From Podarcis bocagei (taxonomy: Eukaryota): DNA of 64,000 bases. Of the stretch, positions 38,037-49,304 are shown piece by piece; positions within the stretch are counted from its first letter, which is position 1; each line of letters begins with the position of its first letter. The position numbers and the translations under genes were made by a program. The notes under the pieces were generated by a model, which saw nothing but the letters and a program-made list of their open reading frames with translations, ran no database searches and had not been told where the DNA came from. The DNA lies in the NCBI GenBank assembly GCA_964188305.1, contig OZ076888.1. One strand, written 5' to 3'.

Positions 38037-38096
38037 GAAGCCACAACCTTGCTGAAACTAAGCAGATCTGGATCTGGTCAGTGCCTGCATGAATGG
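38037..38096 (+). mobile_element. Second 5S-derived SINE head fragment
   Basis: gaagccacaaccttgctgaaactaagcagatctggatctggtcagtgcctg, similar to 35102-35152. Confidence 0.55.
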
Positions 38097-38108
38097 TCTT
38101 AGGTTGTG

Positions 38109-38920
38109 ATGAATAGAATCACAGAATCATAGAATTATAGATTTGGAAGGGACCCTGAAGATCCTCTAGTCCAGTGTTTCCCAAACGTTTTTGGGCAACG
38201 GCACACCTGTTTACTGAAAAAAAATCTCGCGGCACACCACCATTAAAGCCCCGCCCCCGTGACGTCAGCGCGCAGCGTCACGCCGGGAGGGACGCACAAA
38301 AGTGAAAGTTTTTCCCCTCCCCCTTGCCGGGGAACCTCCAAGCTTTGGGCAGGCAGGCAGGCAGAGCTGGGAAGGGGGTTTCCAGGGGACACGGCAGCTC
38401 CTCGAAAGGCTTCTCTCAGCTGCGCTCAATCCTCCTCGGAGAGGATTTCCCCTCCGGTCCCATGCCTTCGTTTGGGGCATCGCTCCGGCTGCTCCCTCTC
38501 CCGCCGCGCAGGAGCGATGCCTCTCTCTGGCTCTCCCTCCGCGCAGGCTGAGGGAGGGAGGGAGGTGCGCGTGTGACCCGTCTCTGCTGGGAGACCAAAC
38601 CCAGCGAGGCAGAGTCGCGCGGAGGCGCCCAGGCAGCGCTGCCGGCTGCGAGGAGGAGCGCCAGGCAGCAGCAGGAGGCGCGGCCTCTCCTCGCCGCTGC
38701 CGCCCCGCCTCTCGCCGCCCGACTCGTCCGCCTCCCTCCAGGCATCTCGCGGCACACCAGCCGATGTCTCACGGCACACTCGTGTGCCGCGGAACACCGG
38801 TTGGGAAACACTGCTCTAGTCCAACCCCCTGCAAGGCAGGAATATGCAGCTGTCCCATATGAGGATTGAACTTGCAACCTTGGCATTATCAGCACCACAC
38901 TCTAACCAACTGAGCTATCC
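38109..38920 (-). mobile_element. tRNA-derived SINE with a CR1-like tail, interrupted by a hAT element
   Basis: Minus-strand head ggatagctcagttggttagagtgtggtgctgataatgccaaggttgcaagttcaatcc and tail attctatgattctgtgattctat. Candidate TSD AGGTTGTG (38101-38108, 38921-38928). Confidence 0.85.
38172..38813. mobile_element. Non-autonomous hAT (Charlie-like) transposon, 642 bp, CpG-rich
   Basis: TIR CAGTGTTTCCCAA / TTGGGAAACACTG, perfect 8-bp TSD CTCTAGTC (38164-38171, 38814-38821), repeated subterminal CGGCACAC motifs, no transposase ORF. Confidence 0.93.
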
Positions 38921-41088
38921 AGGTTGTGGGTTATTATTGTAAAGGTGGGGGGAAGTAAAGCCATCTCTTGTTTCTGATTGTGTTTGGGCACAGGAGGTTT
39001 GAATTTTCTCGCAGCTGTTAGTCATGGATGGTGCTGGAACCTTACTATTCCTAGGGCAAAATATGATAAGGCACATATGCACAGTGCTGTTAAGTGCACA
39101 TATGCTAACATCACAAGCCAGGAGCACTCTTGGAAACAGACGAGCTTTCCCCTAAAATGTCTGCAGGGTAATTTTGTAAATACCAAGCTGATTCCAAATT
39201 GAGCCAAGGAGAGTTCTCCCATCATGTGCTTCAGAAGGTCATGGTACTGTGCAATGGACGGAATAATGTGGTTGCTTAAAATCTTCCAAAGGGTTGGCTG
39301 TTCAGGGCTACCTTATGAATGATTACAAGTAGAAGCCAGAGATAGCTCATGGTGTGTGGAAGGGAGTGAAGTAAAGGGAGGATGGAGAATTTCGTGTCTG
39401 GGGAAAAGGTGGGTGAAAAATATAATAATACCTGGGCTTTGTAAAAATTGTCTCCCCAAAATTTTCAATCCTAATTGCAGGTGTTGAATATTTTTTTTTT
39501 TGGGGGGGGGGAAGGTGAGTCACAGGATATTATTTGGAATTTTCCAATTTTGAGATGGCCAATAAATAAATAAATCTCAGGAAATTCTTTGGCTCAGTTA
39601 ATAATGAATGAACCTACCTGGTTGATTCATCCCTGTGGACAAAGGAAACAATGAGCTAAATGAGAACCACAAGGAGCAGGGGCCAAACCATGGCTTCCTC
39701 CAACAATATTAAAATAATATTGAACAACAGCTGTAAAACTTCATTCATGGACCAAGATTTAGGGTGGGTGGAAGGGTGGATTTCATGGAATTAACTGTCT
39801 AGCTTCTTTGCCCCTTGTATGTTGCTCAGAAACAGGTGACTTGGGAATATGTGGAAACTGTAGAATGTTTGTGCAGCAAAATGTTGTGAAAACGTATTTG
39901 AAAAGCACAGCTTTTCCCTGTATGAATACTTGTGCATTCTCACTGAGTACTACAGGAAGTTTGAGCAGAATCCCAGTCCTTCGTATACACATGATTGCAG
40001 CAATGATTCAAGATAGGTCTCTCTCTCTCCTCTCTCTCTCTCTCTCCTCTACTCATTGCCTATATGTTGACTATTAATGCACAAAGATGAATTAGCTTTG
40101 AATACAAAGAGAAACAAGAGGAGACATGTACAAGGAAAATGTTAGAAGAAGTATATGTAAGAAGGGAAACTGTACACATAGCTCAGGACCTTGTGCCCTT
40201 AAAAAAATAACAATAAAAATACAGGCAAGCTCCAACTGAGATCAATTGTGGATTCAAAATTGACCTCAGCATCCTCTGTGGGACATTTGCAGGTCAGTTA
40301 TTCAAACACTCAGAGTCAAATTCTCCATTAAAAACAAACAAGCAGCAGTGCGTTTTGAGCTCAACATTTTGGCTTCTGAAATCTGTATCTGACAAGTTTA
40401 AATTAATATTGTCATTTCCCAAAGCCTCATGTATTCTGTTTACTGCCAGTTTTCTACTGAGGTAGTCAAAATGGCATACACCCCCCCTCCAAAGTGTCAG
40501 AGACGGATCTGATAACATGGAGCATTAAGCTGACTGGCTTTAGGAACCACCCTAGAGAGACTCCCATGGAAGAAGAGTTTTAAAGGCAAGTGATTCCTCC
40601 ATTCTCTCTGCCTGTGATAGTTGCACTGAGCATCTCCTCAGATTCAGAGGGCTCACCCCCAGAAACACTGGTAGAGTAGGAGAGCCTCCCCTGCTACCAC
40701 AACACATCAAGGAGCAGCAAGATGCTCACTGGAGCAGACACATTCAGGTTAGGGTAAACTCAAGTAGTTTACCTCTGAGGTGGTGGAACTGGAGAAAACT
40801 TTCTGGCTGCTAGATTACATACAGCACAATCCTGTGCAACTTTCCAAGTAAGTAAATCCCACTGTGTTCACTCTCTAGTATAGTGGTTCTCAAATCTTTT
40901 CCCATGTGGACCACTTGAAAACTGAGGGCCTTGGTGGACCATTTAATGACTTGTAATCTCAGGACTGAAGCCTTGACTTTGCAGATAGCTTCAGACAATT
41001 TTTGCAGCAGTAATCCAGGTGTACTCTGGTTTTCTCTCTCTCTCTCTCTCTCCCCCCCCCAGTTTGACCTAGCAACTGGCTCCTGCAG

Positions 41089-41109
41089 TGCGCTCTCCAT
41101 GGTCCTGAC
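41089..41109 (-). promoter_or_regulatory. Candidate REST/NRSF binding site (RE1)
   Basis: The minus strand reads GTCAGGACCATGGAGAGCGCA, versus the canonical TTCAGCACCnnGGA(C/G)AGCGCC with the correct 2-bp spacer. Confidence 0.5.
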
Positions 41110-43419
41110 CACTTTCAGCCTATCCTGCTCTCTTGCTGTGGGCAATCAGGGCACTCCTGCTGCTTCCAGCTTGGAACAGGACATGTAAACAGAAATCAGT
41201 GAAAACAACTCAAAATAACAAGAACACAGTTCTAAAAAGAAAAGTTGATTAAAAAAATTCCAAGCAGTACCTCCCCCCCCCCCCGCAATAGCTTGTCGAT
41301 AGTGTACAGAAAAGAACTCTTAATAATGGAAAGTCTTCACACGCCAATGAAACTAAGAGAGAGGTAGCCAGGGGGAATCCCTGTTGGGAATGAATACCAT
41401 TTGGTGGATTGAGGCTGGAGTCACAGTGGTGATATACCGTTCAATACAATTTAGCTTTCAATGTGTGCCAAATATCAACAATAATCTCTAAACAGAAAAT
41501 TAATAGATGAAATGGTAAGTTTCTGTTTCTCGTGGGTGGTGAAGTTGACACACAACGGCATTTACTAAATCAAAATACCAAGACAGAGCAAAGTGTTTTT
41601 CTCCCCATCAGCATGTCCTATCTAAAAATATACTCCAAAATGTCACTCTCAAATTATTCATACATTGCTGCTTGTGTGTATTATTTTCACATTGATCTTT
41701 CCCTGCATATGATATCAAAGTTGCTCTTCATGAAGATGCTGGGTTTTTATTCCCAAAAATGTTGACCCAAAGGTTATCCTTTCCACGATAAAGGAGCATT
41801 GCTGATAAGGATTTTCCCAATATTGCTAATAAAGGTACATTGCTGAAACAATGGAGAGTGTAAAGTTGTTTCTGGAAGTGTGTTAAGGAGAGAGATGGTC
41901 TTTCAAGGTGAATTTAAGTCTCTTTGGAAGATTCCCCTTTTATGAAGATAAGATTCCTGCTGGAGGTGCCTCAATCAAAGAAATCCTACATGATTGCATC
42001 AAATTGTTTTTGATTCAAGTCTCTCTGCATAACTTCTATGATGCATTTTGTGGCTCTTATCTGGCGCTTGCTGCTTATTTATTTATTTTTTCAGCATCAG
42101 ATACCAGCCGCCTTTTTCCATTTGCTGGAATATGGCTTGTTCTTATCAGTGCAAGAGGCTCGGCTGTAACTGAAACCATCCGAGGGCTTGTTGCAAGCCC
42201 TGTTTATTGAAAATATAAATAAGGGTGACTGGTATCTTTTCTGCATTTCCATCATAGCTTCAGTACGTGCCAAAGGGTGGGGGCTAGCTGCACATTTGAA
42301 AAACAAACATTTCTCATCTGGCATACCCACATTTCTAAAAGAAGGATCGTTTGTTATTTGCCTATAACTGGGGGCATATTTAATGGAATCAATTAATTAA
42401 TGACTAGGCTCTGAAGGCATAAACAGTAAAATTAGTAACTAGAATTGGGTAATGCTCCTTCAATTTTTTTTGCACCATTCCAGAGCATAAATCAAGCCCA
42501 CTGCTATTCATTAAATCCTAGAAAAAATGGAATGTACTTGAGGCCATTTATCCCAACTTCTTACTTTGAGATGAGATCCTCCATACTCACTTTTAACCAA
42601 TTAGCTTTTATCAGGCTGAGCTTACAGTGTGTCAAAGCTGATAACAGGAACAAGCAACGTGTACCCTGCCATAGGAACCCAGGAGACACAGGCAGAGTTA
42701 CGTTCCAGAGAAATAGCCACAAGTCTATTTAAAAAAACAGCTTCCACAAGTCTTGTGGCACCTTAACATACAACAAATTTCCTCTGGAGTGGAGTCTGGC
42801 ACATGAAAGTGTCACAAACATGTATCTGAATTGATTGCGCATGGGGGAAATGCTGCAGCTTAAAGCAAAACACACCTTCCCCACAATGCCAAGTGCAGAA
42901 ACATGAGTTCAGTGACAATAGGCTTTCTTGATCCTATCTAAAACGGGTCAGTCTGGCTTGTGGGCATGTCTGCCTGTCACACTTCTATAGCAGAACTTGT
43001 ACAGCAGCAATTCTGCCCTACCAGATGCACTGTCTCATCAAAGATATCAGTAGGAAAGATATCCTTATCTTTAAAAAAATACAATAAGGGAGAAGTTCCA
43101 CATTTTTATAACCAGCTCGTTCAGGTCTAGGAAAGGACTACTTTGGTGTTTTACCCAAGAGCTATCTTTGCCTTTCTAAAATTGATTGACTGTGAGCTTT
43201 TTGTGTGTGGTTCTTTTGCTAGGTGCATTGTAGCCTATTAAACCAATGAGGTTTATCTGTCCCTAGCTTTGCTGAGGATTTTGGCCTATGGTAGTGACCA
43301 TGTAGGAACATCACATATTCAACTTAACACAAACTTGTGAACACAACTTTCCTTTCTGTGAATTGTGCCTCCTACTTTAATATTGCAAGAATCCTCTGGT
43401 CTAGTTATCTGCTGGGACG

Positions 43420-43678
43420 AGTTGGCAATGTGGGGCCCACAGGTGCATGTGCACCCTTAGAGGCTTTCCCTGGCACCCATGGTGTCCCAGCCCCCTGCGC
43501 CTCCCTGCACTGAAAGAAGCCAATAAAAGGCTTTTCCCCCAAGCCTATTTGTGGCATGGGGGAGATTTGGAGGTGGTTATCACTGGGGAGGGGAGAGTTG
43601 CTGCGTGTATGTGGTGTACGTGACAGTTCCACTGGTTTACAAATGTGCCACAGGGCCCAAACAGGTTAGTGACCCCTG
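43420..43678. mobile_element. Degenerate hAT MITE
   Basis: Ends gttggcaatgtggggcccacaggtgc and gggcccaaacaggttagtgacccctg. Left boundary approximate. Confidence 0.55.
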
Positions 43679-45507
43679 TTGTGGGAAATCAGTAGGTGTT
43701 GTGTATGAGCATCATGTAGGATTCCAGTTGTTGAAAACCGCAGGAAGGGAAGGTGCTGTTGTGCTCAGGTCCTGCTGAAGGTTTCCTATTGGCATTGGTC
43801 GACCACTGTGAGAACAAGATGCTGGACTAGATGGGCCATTGGCCTGACTCAGTAAAACCTGATTATGATTCAGTTCTGATGCACTGAATCTGTAGCTCTG
43901 AACTAAAGCCTATACTCTTGTCTTGCCATTAGGCATGTTCAAGTCCTGTTATTTCTGTGGAACTCAAGACTGGTTTAAATGTGAGGGTAGCCACAGCTAC
44001 TGCAAAGTATCTATGTAAGTGATCCAAAAAGAAGTAAGAACACATTTGTAAACCCCTTAGCTTGTGCACATACCTATGCTGTGTGTGCATGCAAGTGTGG
44101 TTGCCATCTGGGATGGCACCAGGGTGCACTTGCCGCAAATCGTGAGCTAGCACATGGGCTTAGAGACTTCTCAATGGTGTGGCTACATGATTAAATGTTT
44201 TGCAGCAAGCCCTGCATATTTGTCTTCATGTTGAAATGGTGCTGCAAGAGCAAACAGGGGCAGAATTATGGTCTATGTGAGTAACAGAGTAGGTGTGGTT
44301 TGAACGTATCCTTTACTGTTGAATCCTTTGGGCATTGGTTCCCAGTTTGATTTGAGACCTTTTTAGAGGTTGGAATGTGCTGCCATTGATTTAACAGCAG
44401 ACATACCTATATATAGAAACCCTGTCTCATTTTGGGAGGTGGTCAGTCAGCTTGGAATTGTGCTTTCTACTTATGCTGCAAGATTGCAATCGTGATTAGT
44501 CAGAAATGAATTTCACTGAATTCAGTGAGGTGTACTCCCAAATAAGGTTGCATATGTACAATACATTTAAAGTGCATTCTCCCCCTAAGAAAGAATCCTC
44601 ATATCTGTAGTTTACCCACCAGAGATCCAATTCCCAGCACATTTAAAAACGACAATTCCCATGATTTGGTGTGTGTACATGTGTACACGCGAGCTTTAAG
44701 TGCAACCTGTGTATGCAGCCTAAATGTGCACAGGATTGCAATCTTAAAACCCTTTCCTATCCCGCTATTTCTAGTTGTTGTCTCTGCCCTAGTAAGGCAA
44801 GTGCTATCTGAAATGAATCAGTTTTATCTACTGACTTCTCTCAAGGCTTGTGGATGTTTAAAAATGCATTGATCAGAAGTGAGTAAAAATAGCAGTGTAG
44901 GAGGGAAGCATGTTGGAAATCTCTCTACATGAAGAAAGCAGGGGTGGAAATAGCAGCTTTACTGACTGTGCACACAGGTGCACGACACTTATGTAGGCAA
45001 CGTGGGGGAAATTCCTGGGGAAATTGGAAGCAATTCCGTAGCAGTTTCTATCTTTGGAAGGAGGTTGGTGAATAGCAATATCTTTACCGGCATTGCTTCC
45101 TTTAGGGGTCCTGTAGATGAGGGATGGGCAGGAGGTAAATCTGGACCTCCTGGTAAGTCTCTTGGTGATTTGCAGTAGATTGGCAACAATTTCTGACTTT
45201 CAATTGTCTAATAATAGCAGCAACAAAATGATTCCCCTCCCCCAAACTCTACTGCTGCAATGAAGAAAGCTTGGGATAACTTTTGTGTGGAAGGATTGTG
45301 CAGCAAGTTCAGGTTTGATGCTCAATGAACTATGAAAGGTACCACAATTCCATTTTTAGCTGCAAGCCTAAAAATTTACACCTGGGAATAAATCCCATTG
45401 AATTCAATGGAGTTTACTTCAGAGTATACATGAATAGATTGCACTGTTAGTCTCCCAGTTCCCATCACCCCTCACTCTGGTGTATGACATGACATTATGC
45501 TCTTTGG

Positions 45508-45631
45508 AACCTCGACCCTCCAGATGTTTTTGGCCTACAACTCCCATGATCCCTAGCTAGCGGGACCAGTGGTCAGGGATGACGGGAATTTAATCTCAAA
45601 ACATCTGGAGGGCAGAGGTTGAGGAAGCCTG
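45508..45631. mobile_element. Palindromic hAT MITE of the same subfamily as 14837-14973, left end missing
   Basis: Near-identical internal sequence and right TIR GGTTGAGGAAGCCTG. Confidence 0.85.
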
Positions 45632-47335
45632 GTCCAGCTATAAAGCTGGCCAGGTGGAGCTCATTAGCTCTGAGAAGAGGGGTGTGATTCTTCAGCTGGA
45701 GTAGGCTTGGAACAGGTGGGGGTTACATGCCTCCTCAAGCCCAGATGCTGTATTCAGCATGCAAAGTAGGAAAGGGCAGCAGAACTGAGGTGCTGTGTCT
45801 GCTCAACTGCCCCTGTTGGTGGACCTTGGCTTGAATGCATCTGGACCTCTATGGGACTGTCCTTTGGGCTGGACTCTTAGCTTTGGACTTTGACATACTG
45901 ACTTGCCACCAGGTAGGCCAGGGGTTCAGGACAATAGTGTCCAAGTACTTGTGGAACTGCAGAGTATGGAAAACTCTGTCGTAGCCAAATACTCTTTCCC
46001 CAAGCATTGTGCAGGAAATTGTGGAGTGAGCATTTTCTGTACATTTTCTTTCAGAATTTGGTAACCCAGTGTTTAGGTGCATCTGGAATAATTTTGCTGT
46101 GCACAAGAGGAGGGGGAGAAGGAGGCATGGACATGGGAGTGAAAGTGAAAATTGGGGTGCAAAGCAGGGCTGAAGAGAAGTTGGGAAGCTGAAAAGGGAG
46201 CTTGGTAGCGGCATGGGGTGGGAAGAGGAAGCTGCAGCGGGTTGATATGGGGAGAGCGGAAGGGGGGGGTTGGTGAGCAGGCACAGCCTCTAATTTAATA
46301 TAAAAATGCAAATATGTAAATTTAATTACAAGTGGTCCTATTGAGATTAGTGAGGATGACCTGCATAATCTGGGATTCAGGGGAAACTATATGCCAGCGG
46401 ATCCACCCCTCACTTGCAATATACGGTTGGTAGTCAGAAGGGGAATATATCTGCACTATTCTCCCGTAGTCAAAGGGGTGCATGGAAGGCACCCTGTAAG
46501 AAAATTCTAGAATGAAACAAGTGTCCTGAAACATGTGACACTTTAGGGACAGAATCTGTGAGAGGCACACAAATGCTTGCATTCACTTTTTGCAGTTCCT
46601 CAGAGTTCATTTTTTTGGCTCGTGTGGCCTCCAGGCTTAAATTAGCAAGGCCTCTAGCTTCATCATGCAAACTGTTTTTGTGTTTGCTGAAGAACTGTGT
46701 GTTCTGGTGCCAAGAACACTCACAGCTTCTGCTCCAACATAAAGTGTTGCTCCCCACAACCCTTGTCAGAGCCTGAGCGTCTCGTGCACCTGGCTGCTGC
46801 GATTTCTAGCCCCTACTGTGTGTTTACACTCAGGACCTCTGTTCCATTTTTATATCTGTCACTTGTCTCTCTGGAAACTGCTGAACCTCATCTTATGCGG
46901 ATGCTGTCAGACAGCATGCCTCTTCAATCCGTGGCCTGGACCAGTTGGTCACTGAGCTTCACCCCCATAAGGCCCAAATCCCAAATCGCCTTTACAGAAC
47001 GCAGCATGGCCCTTGAAATCAGCAGAGCTCAGAAAAGTGACAGGCAGCGGTGTGATGGCTGTGGCGCTGCATGGAAATCTGGACAATCCTGGAGGATTTG
47101 TACTTTATATTAGAGGGTGGGAAAGAACCCGACTCTGATTCCAAGCTTTTGTTTTATTTCTTCTAATTATCCAAGACGATTCCCATTGAAGATTTATTTT
47201 TTTGACTGCTGGGCAGGCTTTCCCACTCCCCTTGCTTCTTTTTTATTTTGTAAGGTGTCTGCTTTAATTAAAAAAAGGTTGGCAGTATCAAAACCTGACA
47301 GGAGTGCTGGGATTTTATCAAGCAAATATTGGTAT

Positions 47336-47365
47336 TGTCAGGGAACTGCCATCGGAGCCATTACA
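47336..47365. mobile_element. 30-bp collapsed LTR remnant with TSD
   Basis: GGTAT-TGTCAGGGAACTGCCATCGGAGCCATTACA-GGTAT. Both ends match the two termini of the solo LTR at 52286-52718 (reverse complement). Confidence 0.88.
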
Positions 47366-49055
47366 GGTATGTATGTGCAGCACTTAAAGAAGTGGTGTTT
47401 CTGATATATTTATTTAACAGTTTTATTTATTCTTGAAGGTGATGCCTGTCTAGTCAGTGCAGAAACCCTGGTGGTGGTGGTGGTGTGTCAACCTTCCCAT
47501 GTTGAGTAAAGAGGTCTTAAGGGGGTTCAGATGAACACTCTTAGAGACCTTCATGCAGGACATTGGGTTTACACATTAACTCTGCGTCTTCATGTGCTTG
47601 CTTGAAATCTGAGCAAAAAGCCTGAAGAGGGCTTTAGCCTGGATTGAATCCAGTGTATACACTGATCTGGAAAGCTTCCAGTGACTTGCAGAACATTCTG
47701 GTATATAACATCAGCTAGACACAGAGTAGGATGCTTCATTTTTTCTGTCTCAATTTCTATAGTTTCAAAATGAAAGGTTTCCAGGTAGCCAGGTGGAAGT
47801 ATAGCTAGATCTGCTACCTGTATGACTAGTTAAGAGGAAGGCAAAGGCAATATGGCTTTCTTTTGTACTGTATGAGCCTGTATGAGGGCATGAATCTGTA
47901 TGCATTTCATTTGCTTCTAGCACTCACACTTTACCTTTTTTAGGTTACAACTTGTATATATGTGGAACCCTAAAAATGAAATGTGTCTAAGGACTATAGT
48001 GTTAGTCACAAAAACAAACACTAGAGTAGATGTTGATATGCCTGTTTGGCATGTTTTTTCTGCTGCATTTTGAATTTTTGTAACCTGCCCTGAGACCTTA
48101 GGGTCAAGGGTGGGTAATAAATGAAAATAACAGCAACAAGGCTCCCCTCTTGCTCCTTCCCCACATGCCCCTCAAACAGGCTCTGTGTTGCTCAGGAGAA
48201 ACCCCAGAACAGAACACAAGGTGGGGGGAAGAAGGAAGATGATTCCACCAGGCAAGCAGAGACACTTATGCTGACAGAGCAAGTCTCCTCAGCACTACTT
48301 TGAATTCAACCCATGGCACTGCTTCCCCTCATTCAGGACTCCATGCTTTTTTTGTGAACAGCATAAAATAGCAGCGATGCCTCATGTACAAGAGAATGCA
48401 TGCAGACATTTTGGATGGCTCTTCAGCCTCCCAAACTTATCTGCATCACCCTACCGTATGGTAGGGCATGCCTTTAATTGCATATGCTTAGGATGGATAG
48501 AGAAATAGCCACTAGATAAATGGACTTTTACTGCAGCAAGAATGAGAAGAAATTAATAATCCTGAGCAATACGTATTTTTAGTGGCCTGTACTTTTTAAT
48601 CTGGAAATGATGTTCCACTCTTGCCTAGTTGACTCAAAGCCCAGCTCTGCAGTATAGTTATATAAGCTGACCAATAACTTTCCAGCACCCCACCCGCGCT
48701 GCTCCGATACCCTCCGTTTGCATTAACGCTGCAGGATTTTATGGCCGTTTTGACCATGGTATGAAATTCCTTTCAGGCAATTTATTGGACGGTGAATAGA
48801 TTGTAAGTCTCTTTAGATATTAGGCAAGGCAGAGGCAGGCATTTAGACACTGCCAGGTTTTAAGGAAATATAAATGGCAAATTGAAAGCTCGTTCCTGGT
48901 TTGGCAGCGCAGTCCTATCATGCCAGCGCAACATGGGCAGTAAGAGCACCTGGCTCTCAGTAATCATTAGGCGGGGGGACGGGACGACGACGACTCAGTG
49001 TTCATTAGTAGCAATGGCTGTGCTCTCTGTTACCTTATACAGTGCATGGGACTGT

Positions 49056-49304
49056 CTTCTTGTTTGGCGACCGCTCGTAGCTGGGTAAGATTGTCTTCCA
49101 TAAACACAGTTTTAACAGTGAGTCGTAAGTGACTGTGCAGGCCAATTCTGGATCTACATGTCCTTCCACAAATGGGGACATAGGTTTCTGGACAGGAGTT
49201 GATCACGGTGTGGATTTGCCAAGCGTGCCTTCCTCTTAGCTCATTTCTCCCTTTCATCCTGAGTTTGAGTGTCTTCAAAGCCCATGACACCTTTGGTAAA
49301 GGCT
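49056..49304 (-). mobile_element. 5'-truncated RTE-clade LINE, second copy
   Basis: Reverse complement of the 34650-34895 element (AFTKGVMGFEDTQTQD...CGRTCRSRIGLHSHLR). Candidate TSD GGACTGT (49049-49055, 49305-49311). Confidence 0.85.

Noticed and set aside
38259-38898. Cluster of overlapping ORFs in a GC-rich patch, resembling a second gene or exon
   Set aside because: It lies within a TIR/TSD-bounded non-autonomous hAT element and has no transposase or host-protein motif.
38855-38920. tRNA gene (GAT anticodon-like loop) on the minus strand
   Set aside because: It is a degenerate SINE head continuous with a CR1-like tail and TSD, and the acceptor stem is not intact.
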